Assembly (NCBI GenBank): GCA_963662625.1
Contig: OY759726.1
Coordinates: forward strand, 736,001 to 800,000
DNA from: Nitrosopumilus sp.
GTDB lineage: Archaea > Thermoproteota > Nitrososphaeria > Nitrososphaerales > Nitrosopumilaceae
DNA: 64,000 nt
Direction: 5' to 3'
In this document: positions 20,740 to 29,358 of the stretch, piece after piece
Numbering within the stretch: the first letter of the stretch is position 1
Layout of the letters: every line of letters starts with the position of its first letter
The notes under the pieces: model-generated
The model's input: only the letters and a program-made list of their open reading frames with translations
What the model was told of the DNA's origin: nothing
Database searches by the model: none
Made by a program: the position numbers and the translations under genes

Positions 20740-21255
20740 TCAGATCAGGTCCCTTGACCGTAGAAAGTCCTTCACCTTGTTCACGCTGTCGGTGACGCCC
20801 TCGTTTTCCGTGTTTACCACCAGGTCGGCGTCGGGCGGGGCCTCGTAGGGGTCGTCTATCCCCGTGAATCCCTTGATCTCCCCCTGCCTGGCCTTGGCGT
20901 ACATTCCCTTGACGTCCCTCTCCTCGCACTCGTCCAACGAGCACTTTACGTAGCACTCTGCGAACTGGTCGCCGGCGCCGATGATCTGCCTGGCGGCCTC
21001 CCTGTTCTCGACGTAGGGCGAGACCAGCGAGACGGCGCTGGGCACCCCGTGCTTTAGCAGCAGTTTTGCGAGGTGCGCGACCCTCTTGTTGTGTTCGTCA
21101 CGCCCGGCCTTTGAAAAATCCTTGGGCGAGAACCACTCCCGCAGCTCGTCGCCGTCCAGCATCGCCAGGTTGGGGACGTCTTTTTGCAGGTCCTTTACTA
21201 TTGTCGTCTTTCCGGAGCACGGAAGGCCCGTCATCCATAGAACAAACGGCTTCAT
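20740..21255 (-). CDS. cysC: Adenylyl-sulfate kinase
   Basis: TGLPCSGKTT, LDGDELR, RDVKGMY, FTGIDDPYEAP. Confidence 0.95.
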   Translation of the reverse strand: MKPFVLWMTGLPCSGKTTIVKDLQKDVPNLAMLDGDELREWFSPKDFSKAGRDEHNKRVAHLAKLLLKHGVPSAVSLVSPYVENREAARQIIGAGDQFAECYVKCSLDECEERDVKGMYAKARQGEIKGFTGIDDPYEAPPDADLVVNTENEGVTDSVNKVKDFLRSRDLI

Positions 21256-21338
21256 GAACCAAGTCCCAAGTGGATCCCATAAAGAGCTTGTGTTGGCGGC
21301 GTGCGCCGGGCCGCCCGGGCCCCGCCGGGCGCGCCGCC

Positions 21339-21884
21339 TTACGCGTCCCGGAACCAGGGCCGCCCCTCGAGGAACTCGATCTCCCTTGCCACCTCCCCCA
21401 CCTTCCTGGTGGTGGCCATGACCGACCTGAACTGCTCGAACATCTCCTGCTCCTCCTCCCGGGAGAGGATCTCCGCCTCTGCCCTGTCGAAAAAGTCCTC
21501 CTCCTTTCTCATGTGGTCTGCCAGGTATATGGAGTAGGTCCTGAGGAACCTAGCGACTGGCTCCCTTGCGTCCCTGCCCTGCCTCCACTCCGACAGGTGC
21601 CTGGAGATCTGCCTTGCGATCCTCCGGGAGAACTCGTGCTCTATCATCAGGTTCTTTATCTCGGTCCTCAGGTGCCCGTAGCTTGCCACGCACGGGAAGT
21701 AAGAGTCCTCCTCCCGGGAGTAGTGGACGGAGTCGAGGAACTCCTCGATGACCCCCGTTATGCGCTCAATGTCCCCTAGCGGGACGTGCCTTCCCGCGTA
21801 AAGCTCGCCGTAGCATCTCACGATCACCTTCTCGAGGCGCCTGATCTGCACGTGGTCCTGGCGGAGGGACTCGGTGGCACTCAC
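21339..21884 (-). CDS. Hemerythrin (HHE) domain protein
   Basis: LRQDH, HYSREE, LMIEH, HMRKEEDFF; GTG start inferred. Confidence 0.88.
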   Translation of the reverse strand: MSATESLRQDHVQIRRLEKVIVRCYGELYAGRHVPLGDIERITGVIEEFLDSVHYSREEDSYFPCVASYGHLRTEIKNLMIEHEFSRRIARQISRHLSEWRQGRDAREPVARFLRTYSIYLADHMRKEEDFFDRAEAEILSREEEQEMFEQFRSVMATTRKVGEVAREIEFLEGRPWFRDA

Positions 21885-22051
21885 GCGCCTTCTAGCGCGG
21901 CGCATGATTTAACTTGTGCCCCGGCGCGCCGGCCGTTGGCCCGCTTTGGCAGGGCGGGCCTCGTTCTGCGCGACGCTGGGGGCGTTTTGGCTGGAGGGTT
22001 GACGGCGCGCTGATCATGGTTTTTATTGCACGTGACGCAAGCTGGTACCCT

Positions 22052-23476
22052 ATGGACTGGATCGTTCTGTATGTCTTGGATTTGGTCAGGGGGCAGGGGG
22101 GAGAGGCGATACTGCCGGCGCTGCTGGATCCCGAGCAGATGATGGCAAGGGTGGCGGATCTGGAGGCCGTCATAGCCGGCATGGCCTTTAACGAGGATCC
22201 CATGGCGTCGGCGCCCGTGGTCCTGCTCGCGGCGGGGGTGGTGATCTTCCTCGGGGTCGCGGGGGAGGCGTTCTTCAAGCGGACCGGGATCCCCGACGTG
22301 GCGTTCCTGATGGTCCTGGGCGTGATCATCGGCCCGCTGCTGGGGATCATCCAGCCGGAGGTCGTGATCCAGATCGTCCCGTACTTTGCCGCCCTGGCGC
22401 TCATAATCATAATGTTCGACGGCGGGCTGAACCTGGACATCAAGCACATCATCAAGACGGCGCACTTTTCCCTCGTCCTCGCAATAGCCGGGTTCATCAT
22501 ATCGGTGGCGATCATCGCGACGGGCGCGTACTACCTGCTGGGATGGAAGCTGCTGGACAGCATACTGCTGGCCACGATCGTCGGCGGGAGCAGCTCCGCC
22601 ATAGTGTTCGGCCTGGTCCGCAACGTCAAGATCTCCAGGGAGGCCAAGTCCGTGCTCAGCTTCGAGTCCGCCATGACGGACATACTGGCCACGATAGTGG
22701 CGTTCGTCCTGTTCGAGGCGGTGCTGGCGGGCAGCTTTGACCTGCACACGCTCCAGGAGACCCTCGGGCGCGCCATCGCCGTCGGCCTGGTGCTCGGGTT
22801 CGGCGTCGGGATCCCGTGGATGTACATCACCACGAAGTTCACGAACGCGCAGCACGCCTACATGCTCACGCTGAGCATCCTGTTCGTGCTGTTCTTCCTG
22901 TCAAACTCGTTTGGCGAGTCGGGGGCGCTCACCGCGCTGGTGTTCGGGATGATGGTGGGAAACAAGGCCCGCCTGGCCGGCATCCTCAAGTTCAAGCTGC
23001 CGAAGATCAACGTCGACGATCCCACCCACAACCAGCTGACGTTCCTGGTAAGGTCGTTCTTCTTTGTGTTCGTCGGGCTGATGGCAAGCTTCGGCCGGAT
23101 AGAGTACATCGTGTTCGGGGTCCTGATCACCGTCGCCGTCTACTTTGGAAGGATGATGGTGGGCAAGGCCGTCCTGACAAAGAGGTTTTCAAGGCTGGAC
23201 AAGGCGGTGACAAACTCGATGATCCCCAGGGGCCTGGCCGCCGCGGTCCTTGCGACGTACCCGATAACCATGGGCCTGCCAAACGCGGAGGCGTACCCGC
23301 AGATAATCTTCTTCATCATCCTCGCGTCCGTGGTCATCACCACGATCGGCATGGGAAGGTCGAAGAGCATCCCTCCCCCGGAGCCGGTGGCCGGCGGATT
23401 CGTAAAGCCCCCGGGCGAGGAGCCCGAAGGCGAGGACGACGGGTGGGGCGGGGCGGCGCCGGGCGGGCGCGGCTAG
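22052..23476 (+). CDS. Cation:proton antiporter (CPA1/NhaP-like)
   Basis: Many TM helices, FDGGL, FESAMTD, PRGLAAAVLA. Confidence 0.9.
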   Translation: MDWIVLYVLDLVRGQGGEAILPALLDPEQMMARVADLEAVIAGMAFNEDPMASAPVVLLAAGVVIFLGVAGEAFFKRTGIPDVAFLMVLGVIIGPLLGIIQPEVVIQIVPYFAALALIIIMFDGGLNLDIKHIIKTAHFSLVLAIAGFIISVAIIATGAYYLLGWKLLDSILLATIVGGSSSAIVFGLVRNVKISREAKSVLSFESAMTDILATIVAFVLFEAVLAGSFDLHTLQETLGRAIAVGLVLGFGVGIPWMYITTKFTNAQHAYMLTLSILFVLFFLSNSFGESGALTALVFGMMVGNKARLAGILKFKLPKINVDDPTHNQLTFLVRSFFFVFVGLMASFGRIEYIVFGVLITVAVYFGRMMVGKAVLTKRFSRLDKAVTNSMIPRGLAAAVLATYPITMGLPNAEAYPQIIFFIILASVVITTIGMGRSKSIPPPEPVAGGFVKPPGEEPEGEDDGWGGAAPGGRG

Positions 23477-23601
23477 TGCGCCGCAGGACCGCCGGCCGCG
23501 CCGCCGCGCGCGAGGAGGCCGGCTGCAGGGCCACGGGGGCAGCTAGCCCTTGGTGCCCTTGTGCCTTATCAAAACCGCCGGTTGCGGGCGCGGATTCCTC
23601 G

Positions 23602-24516
23602 TCACAGGGACAGCGAGTCCTTGAGGCCCTTGTACCTGTTCCTGATGGTCACCTCGGTGACGTTCGCTGCCTCGGCTATGTCCCGCTGGGTCTTGTCCTC
23701 GTCGTTCTTCACGCATGACAGGTACAGCGCGGCCGCTGCCAGGCCCATGGGATCCTTGCCGGCCGAGACCTCGTTTTCCTGCGCCTTCTTGAGGACCTTG
23801 ACTGCGTGCCTCTTCGTCTTTTCGGCGATCCCCAGCCTGCTCGCGATCCGTGCCACGCACTGGATCGAGTCGGTCACCGGCATCTTCAGGTCAAGCTCCT
23901 TGACGAGCAGCCTGTAGCACCTCGCGATGTCCTTCCTCTTGATGTTGGCCGCCTGCTCCACGTCCTTGAGGTTTCGCGGGGTCTCGGTGTCGCGGCATGC
24001 CGCGTACAGCGCAGACGCCATCAGCGCGGAGATGGAGCGGCCCCTGACCAGGCCCTTGTCCAGCGCCTTCCTGTATATGTAGGCCGCCTTCTCGATCACG
24101 GCGTCGGATATGGCCAGCTTGTCCTTGAGCCTGTTCAGCTCGCTGAACGCCTGCCTGAAGTTCCTGTCCACAGGCTCGTGCACCTGGCTCCTGCTGTCCC
24201 AGGTGCGCAGCCTCTCTATGGTGCTCTTCATGGACGTGGTGAGCGGCCTTCCCGACGCGTCCTTGTTTGCAGGGTTGATGATCGTCGCCAGCCCCATGTC
24301 GTGTATCGTCAGCGACGTGGGGGCGCCCGCGCGCGCCCTGTCCCCGTGCTCGTCCTGGGTGAACGACCGCCATTCCGGCCCCGACTCTTGCAGCTTTTCG
24401 GTCAGCACGAAGCCGCATTTTGAGCAGAACATCTCCCCTGACTCGTTGTCGGTGACCAGCTTGCCGTGTGCGCACCTCGGGCACATCCCCTTCGTGTTGG
24501 ATGACTTGCCTGCCAT
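23602..24516 (-). CDS. tfb: Transcription initiation factor B
   Basis: CPRC...CSKC, GPEWRSF, HDMGL, GKDPMGLAAA, VTEVTIRNRYK. Confidence 0.96.
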   Translation of the reverse strand: MAGKSSNTKGMCPRCAHGKLVTDNESGEMFCSKCGFVLTEKLQESGPEWRSFTQDEHGDRARAGAPTSLTIHDMGLATIINPANKDASGRPLTTSMKSTIERLRTWDSRSQVHEPVDRNFRQAFSELNRLKDKLAISDAVIEKAAYIYRKALDKGLVRGRSISALMASALYAACRDTETPRNLKDVEQAANIKRKDIARCYRLLVKELDLKMPVTDSIQCVARIASRLGIAEKTKRHAVKVLKKAQENEVSAGKDPMGLAAAALYLSCVKNDEDKTQRDIAEAANVTEVTIRNRYKGLKDSLSL

Positions 24517-24643
24517 GCTATGATTCTAGGTTCCTAGTCTCTTGTTATTTATGAATCAACAGCTTTTTGCTCCGGATCCGGGCCGTTTTGGGCCCACGGC
24601 AACACAGAATAGTCGCAAAATGGGCACAATCTCAGGAAAAATC

Positions 24644-25588
24644 ATGAGGGTTCTCTGGACGGCGGCGCTTGCGGTGGCCGCCCTTGGGGCGGTGTCGGGG
24701 GCGTTTGCCCAGACGATCAACCAGACCATGGAGGGCAGCATGGACGTCGAGATCACGCACCCGGGGGAGGTGGTGATCGGCAGGGAGGCGGCGATCTCGA
24801 TCCTGGTACGGAACAACGGGTGGGAGGACAAGCAGGACATCACCTTCGAGTTTTCCAGCCAGGACGGGAAGCTGGCGGCGACGCCCGCGAGGCTTGCCAT
24901 AGAGAAGCTGTCCCAGGGCGGCTCCTACGGGAGCAGCGTCGGCGTGGCGGTGGCGGGCGACGCGAACCCGGGGACCAACTTCCTGAACGTGGCGTACTCG
25001 CAGGTCCTGGTGGCAAGCAACGAGTCGCCACAGCCCGCCACCTTTCACAACATCGCGATCCCGATCACGCTGAAGGGGGGACCGCACGTCGCGATCTATG
25101 CCAAGGCGCCCGAGTCGATCTTCGCGTCCGCGGAGTTCCCGATCGAGGTGGGGGTGGCATCTGACGACGTCGACATCAGCGACGTCAGCATCTCGATAGT
25201 CCCGCCCGCGGACGTGGGGTTCAGGGGGGAGACCCTGCACGCGTTTTCGGCCATAAAGAAGGGCGAGCCCGTCTCCATCGCCTCGCGGATAGTCACGCCC
25301 GACGGGGAGGTCCTTGCGGAACACAGGCTGCCGTTTGAGATCGTCGTGGAGTATACCGACGACGTCGGGGAGCGGAAGACCGACTCGAGGACGGTGTCGG
25401 TGATCCTTAGGCCGAGGGTGTTCATGGAGCTTACCACCGAGGGCGGGATATGGGTGGGCGGCTTTTTCATCGCGCCGTATGTCTCCCTGGGGACCATCAT
25501 CGGCGTCCCGGCCGGGGCCCTGCTCACGCTGATCATAAGGCGGAGGACCAGATCCGGGTCGCGGGGCAGGAAGCGGCGCGGATCGTAG
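24644..25588 (+). CDS. Exported membrane-anchored protein with Ig-like beta-rich domains
   Basis: Signal peptide, beta-rich segments, C-terminal TM helix and basic tail. Confidence 0.75.
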   Translation: MRVLWTAALAVAALGAVSGAFAQTINQTMEGSMDVEITHPGEVVIGREAAISILVRNNGWEDKQDITFEFSSQDGKLAATPARLAIEKLSQGGSYGSSVGVAVAGDANPGTNFLNVAYSQVLVASNESPQPATFHNIAIPITLKGGPHVAIYAKAPESIFASAEFPIEVGVASDDVDISDVSISIVPPADVGFRGETLHAFSAIKKGEPVSIASRIVTPDGEVLAEHRLPFEIVVEYTDDVGERKTDSRTVSVILRPRVFMELTTEGGIWVGGFFIAPYVSLGTIIGVPAGALLTLIIRRRTRSGSRGRKRRGS

Positions 25589-25619
25589 GCCGGCGTCCCC
25601 GCGGGATCCCGGCGCGCGG

Positions 25620-26438
25620 CTACGCGCCGCTGAACTCGCGCACGATCCTGTCGTGGACGGGGCCGTTGGTGGCAAGGATCCCGTGCCGGTGGTACACGTC
25701 CCTGTTGTTGTACGTGAGTTCGTTTCCCCGCATGTCAGTCATCCTGCCCCCGGCCTCCCCTATTATGCAGTAGGACGCGGCGGAGTCCCATTCCTTCATC
25801 TTCTCGGTGGTGGCCATGTACACCTCCGCCTCCCCGGAGCTGATCTTTCCCACCTTCAGCGAGCTGCCGACGTGGGTAAACTTCCCGATCCCCAGTTTTT
25901 TGATGAGGGCCTTTTCCATTTCCGAGTGGCGGTGCCGGGAGCCCACCGCCCTGCACGCCGCCAGCTCGGAGGTCCCGGTGACGGCGAGCTTCTGCCACCT
26001 CCCGTCCGAATGCATGAACGCCCCGCCGCCCAGCTGTGCGGCATAGACGGTCTTCCCGGCGGGCCAGTTGATCACTCCCAGGACCGGTTTTTTGTTTCTG
26101 ACCAGGGCGATCATCACGGTAAACTCCCCTATCCTGTCAATAAAGTCCAGGGTGCCGTCAAGGGGATCCACTATCCAGACGGCCTCCTCGCCCAGCCTCG
26201 CCTCGTCGTCCCTGTCCTCCTCGGACAGGATCATGTACGGGGTGGCAGACAGTGCCCTCCTGATGACCTCGTTGCTTTTCAGGTCCGCCTCCGTCACGGG
26301 GGTGTCGTCGCTCTTCATGCGGGTCTCGAACTTCTTGCGGTAGACCCCCATGATGGAGTTTCCCGCGTCCACCGAGGCGCCGATTGCCAGGTCCAGCTCA
26401 GCCATGCTGCCTTTAATGGGAATTCCTTGCAACCGCAT
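25620..26438 (-). CDS. cysQ: 3'(2'),5'-bisphosphate nucleotidase (inositol monophosphatase family)
   Basis: PVTEAD, ILSEE, WIVDPLDGT, GSSLK, EWDSAA; start uncertain. Confidence 0.9.
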   Translation of the reverse strand: MRLQGIPIKGSMAELDLAIGASVDAGNSIMGVYRKKFETRMKSDDTPVTEADLKSNEVIRRALSATPYMILSEEDRDDEARLGEEAVWIVDPLDGTLDFIDRIGEFTVMIALVRNKKPVLGVINWPAGKTVYAAQLGGGAFMHSDGRWQKLAVTGTSELAACRAVGSRHRHSEMEKALIKKLGIGKFTHVGSSLKVGKISSGEAEVYMATTEKMKEWDSAASYCIIGEAGGRMTDMRGNELTYNNRDVYHRHGILATNGPVHDRIVREFSGA

Positions 26439-26441
26439 CCC

Positions 26442-26651
26442 CTATGTGGTGAGTTCCGGCCTTAGCGTCCAGACGACGCCCAGGACGACGAACGGGATCG
26501 ACATGATCCCCACGATTCCCAATATTATGTTGAATTGCGACTCTGATACCTGCGGGTTGTCGATTACCCAGGGGAGCGGGAGCGTGACTACCACCCAGAT
26601 CACGCCCAGCAGGATTATCAGCTTGGCCTTCTGCCTCTTCGTATGCATCAT
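26442..26651 (-). CDS. Small two-TM membrane protein
   Basis: Two hydrophobic helices; stop 3 bp before the cysQ ORF; TATA-like TTTAATA upstream. Confidence 0.75.
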   Translation of the reverse strand: MMHTKRQKAKLIILLGVIWVVVTLPLPWVIDNPQVSESQFNIILGIVGIMSIPFVVLGVVWTLRPELTT

Positions 26652-26677
26652 GGCCACTTCCACCGGGCGGTATTAAA

Positions 26678-26783
26678 TTCATGTGAAACCTGTCCCCCGG
26701 GGCTGGCAGGCGGGCCTCCCGGGGCTGGGGGCGCCAAGAATTGCAAAAATCCCGCACGGGGGCCGCGAGATTTCATGTGAAAT
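26678..26783. promoter_or_regulatory. Two copies of the palindromic motif TTCATGTGAAA at divergent promoters
   Basis: Copies at 26678-26688 and 26772-26782 (ATTTCA-TG-TGAAAT), each beside a TATA-like element. Confidence 0.6.
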
Positions 26784-26813
26784 GTTAAATACTTAAAGTT
26801 CCTATACTGATTA

Positions 26814-26952
26814 ATGCCGAAGGATGTAATTCCTATCGACTAAAACTGCGCGGCCCCGCAGAACAACCAAGGGAATCAGGCGTAAAACCGTCCTGACAGG
26901 AGAGGAAATCTCTCAACGTTCTGCAGTGAAGGGGGCTGCGCCTTTAATTTCT
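26814..26952 (+). ncRNA. Candidate structured small RNA beginning with a 9-codon ORF (MPKDVIPID)
   Basis: TATA-like elements upstream; nested stems 26848-57/26932-41, 26858-64/26918-24, 26876-80/26892-96, 26900-04/26910-14; T-rich 3' end. Confidence 0.6.
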
Positions 26953-27381
26953 TAAGAGATCCACCGAGACCGCGCCCCGGACGTTGCCGTTGGGGTCGAT
27001 CTCGATCAAGACGGCCCCGTCGCCCGGGACCGTGACCCGCTTCCGGCCGTCATAGTCCCAGGTGTAGTACTCGGAGATGCCCGTCTGGTGGGCGGTCCCG
27101 ACCAGCTCAAAGTCCTCCGAGAAGCCGAAGGCATCCCCCCGCAGCGTGATGCCCAGCACCCTGGGGCTGTCCCCGTTCGGGACGAATCTAAAGGTGTACT
27201 CTCCCCGGTCCAGGGCCACCCTCTCGGAGTAGACCCCGCCCTCGTACAGGTCCGGGCTTGCCAGCGTTATGTGGAACGCGACGTTGTTGGGCGCTTCCCG
27301 GCCCCCGTCGAGGAGGGCGGCGCCGGCGATGGCGGCGGCAACTGCGGCCGCCGCGGAGGCGGCGGCCAGTTTCTTGTTCAT
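26944..27381 (-). CDS. Membrane-anchored hypothetical protein
   Basis: MNKKLAAA N-terminal anchor, FHITLASP, FRFVPNGDSP. Confidence 0.75.
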   Translation of the reverse strand: MNKKLAAASAAAAVAAAIAGAALLDGGREAPNNVAFHITLASPDLYEGGVYSERVALDRGEYTFRFVPNGDSPRVLGITLRGDAFGFSEDFELVGTAHQTGISEYYTWDYDGRKRVTVPGDGAVLIEIDPNGNVRGAVSVDLLRN

Positions 27382-27602
27382 GCACCCCCTAGCCGCGCCA
27401 CGAAGATAAGTTTCTTGATCGCGCCTGGGGGCGGGCCCGCCGCGGTTGCCGGGCGCGTCCCGGCCGCCAGGCACGCTCCGTTGGCGGGGCCGCGGATTCC
27501 GCTGCCGGGCGGCCCGGGGCGCCGATCAGCTGCGTCAAATTTTACTATCTGTTAACCAATCTTTACACCTGAAATTAAGTACAAACTGCAGCATCCTAAC
27601 TG

Positions 27603-28244
27603 TTGCCAAGTTTTCAAGACAGGTGGATCCATAACCCGAACCCGGGCATGGGCGAGAAGATCAACGACGCCCTGAGGCCAAAGGGGCCGCTGAGGCCCAA
27701 GATCGAGGCGGGCATCAAAAAGCTCCAGGCGCAGATCTCCAAGCTTGACTCCATGCTGGCCAAGCTGAACGAGAGGGACGCCAAGCTGTTCAAGAGGATC
27801 GTGGAAGCCACGCAGTCCCACGACGCGGGCACGAGCAGGGTGCTGTCAAAGGAGCTGGCCGAGGTAAGGAGCGTGACCAAGGTTCTGGGCAACGCCAGGA
27901 TGGCCTTGGAGAAGATCGAGCTCAGGCTGACTACCTACCACGACCTCGGGGACACGGTGGGCACCATAATGCCGACGCTCGGCCTGATGAAGAACCTCAA
28001 GTCGTCCCTGGCAAAGTTCGTGCCCGGAGCCGATCAGGAGATCCACCAGATGGCGGAGATGCTGGGCGGGTTCATGACCGACAGCTTCTCGGGCGACGGA
28101 GCGTTCGGGCTGGACGAGGCGACGAGCTCAGAGTCCGAAAAGATCCTCCGGGAGGCGTCCGCCGTCGCAGAGAGCTCCGCCGGGGAGCGTTTCCCGACTA
28201 CGCCTGCCGACGTCATGGCGTCCACGACCACAAAGTCGCTGTAG
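27603..28244 (+). CDS. cdvB: CdvB/ESCRT-III (Snf7 family) paralogue
   Basis: LNERDAKLFKRIV, LSKELAEVR, LEKIELRLTTYHDLGD, SEKILREAS. Confidence 0.9.
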   Translation: MPSFQDRWIHNPNPGMGEKINDALRPKGPLRPKIEAGIKKLQAQISKLDSMLAKLNERDAKLFKRIVEATQSHDAGTSRVLSKELAEVRSVTKVLGNARMALEKIELRLTTYHDLGDTVGTIMPTLGLMKNLKSSLAKFVPGADQEIHQMAEMLGGFMTDSFSGDGAFGLDEATSSESEKILREASAVAESSAGERFPTTPADVMASTTTKSL

Positions 28245-28247
28245 CCG

Positions 28248-28772
28248 CTAGCCCTCCAGCTTTTCTGACTCCCGTATCCGCCTGATCCTGCTGCCCTCGT
28301 CGTCGACTATCCTGTCGATTCCCACGAGCCTGTCCCTCAGGCTGTTGATAAGCAGGCCTACCTCGTCTGCCTCGTTCTCCACCTGCTGGCGCTTTTCTGC
28401 CAGGTCCGTAATCCCCCTGTTCTCCTCGTTGATGTACTCGCCGACCTTCTGAAGCTTCTCCTTGAGGTTTTTGATGTCCACGGACTCTTCCTCGATCTCT
28501 TTCTCAAGGCCGGTCCTCTTGTCCTTCAGGTTTTTGATCATCAGGCCGACGTGATCGATTGCCTCCTCCAGCTGTGCGCGCTTTCCCATCAGTTCCCCGA
28601 TGCCTATCTGACTCGATGATCCGGGGCCCTCTGGCCCGCCGTCGGCCTCCTCGGGCCGCTCCACGGGCCCCTCCCGGGGGCCCTCTGGCCCGCCGTCGGC
28701 CTCCTCGGACCCGTCCCTTCTCTCCTCTACGGCCTCGCCGCCGTCGCCGTCCTTCTTGAATTTGTCAAACAC
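28248..28772 (-). CDS. Coiled-coil hypothetical protein with an acidic N-terminal duplication
   Basis: IGIGELMGKRAQLEEAID followed by a long heptad region. Confidence 0.75.
   Translation of the reverse strand: MFDKFKKDGDGGEAVEERRDGSEEADGGPEGPREGPVERPEEADGGPEGPGSSSQIGIGELMGKRAQLEEAIDHVGLMIKNLKDKRTGLEKEIEEESVDIKNLKEKLQKVGEYINEENRGITDLAEKRQQVENEADEVGLLINSLRDRLVGIDRIVDDEGSRIRRIRESEKLEG
28623..28708. repeat. 32-bp in-frame direct repeat (EEADGGPEGP twice)
   Basis: GGGGCCCTCTGGCCCGCCGTCGGCCTCCTCGG at 28623-28654 and 28677-28708. Confidence 0.85.
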
Positions 28773-28980
28773 TCTGCTATGTTCTGGGAAAATAAGAATA
28801 AAAAGTTATTATAATCTAGCGCTCGCGCGCGATTTGGGTGCCGTAAAAGCCGCCGCGCGGCGCCCGGCCCCCCGCCGGCGCGTTTTTGCCAGAAAACGGG
28901 CGCCGGAACGGCGTTCCGCTACGCGTCCCGCTTTGGCGTTTCATGGTGTACCTCATACGCGCCGCTGCCGTATGGCATGC

Positions 28981-29268
28981 ATGGCAAAACAACAATACAG
29001 GTCAGAAATGGGCATAATGGGCGACATCCTGGACGTTGCCGCAGACGGCGGCCGCGGCGGGGTGATCGTGTCTGCAATATCCAGGAGGGCCAACCTGTCC
29101 CACTATGCGGTGCTCAGCAAGTGCGAGAAGCTGGTGGATGCGGGGCTGGTGGAGTCGGTCAGGAACGACAGGAACAGGGTCTTTTTGATAACCGAGAAGG
29201 GGCTCCAGTTCTTCCAGGAGTTCAACAGGTTCCGGGAGCTGGTCAAGAACCTGAACCTGAGGTACTAG
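28981..29268 (+). CDS. Winged helix-turn-helix transcriptional regulator
   Basis: YRSEMGIMGDIL, ISRRANLS, LVDAGLV, FLITEKG. Confidence 0.88.
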   Translation: MAKQQYRSEMGIMGDILDVAADGGRGGVIVSAISRRANLSHYAVLSKCEKLVDAGLVESVRNDRNRVFLITEKGLQFFQEFNRFRELVKNLNLRY

Positions 29269-29358
29269 GGGATGGGCGCGGCGTCAGGCGTCCCCGTGCC
29301 GGGGACGCCCCCCCTGAAGGGAATGCTTTTTGTAAGGATGGCTGATACCCATGAAGCA

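Noticed and set aside
26866-26900. AAGGGAATCAGG...CCTGACAG resembles part of a cobalamin riboswitch
   Set aside because: No B12-box or following CCCGC/ACTG elements seen, and no downstream + strand gene; kept only as an unassigned RNA candidate
26898-26914. GAGGAAATCTC resembles the RNase P RNA CR-I motif
   Set aside because: The interval is too short, other conserved regions are missing, and the sequence forms a local hairpin
27550-27570. Weak similarity between the two cdvB promoters (TGTTAACCAATC versus TGTTAGCTAAAT near 57658)
   Set aside because: Only about 10 of 16 positions match in AT-rich DNA, which is not distinguishable from chance
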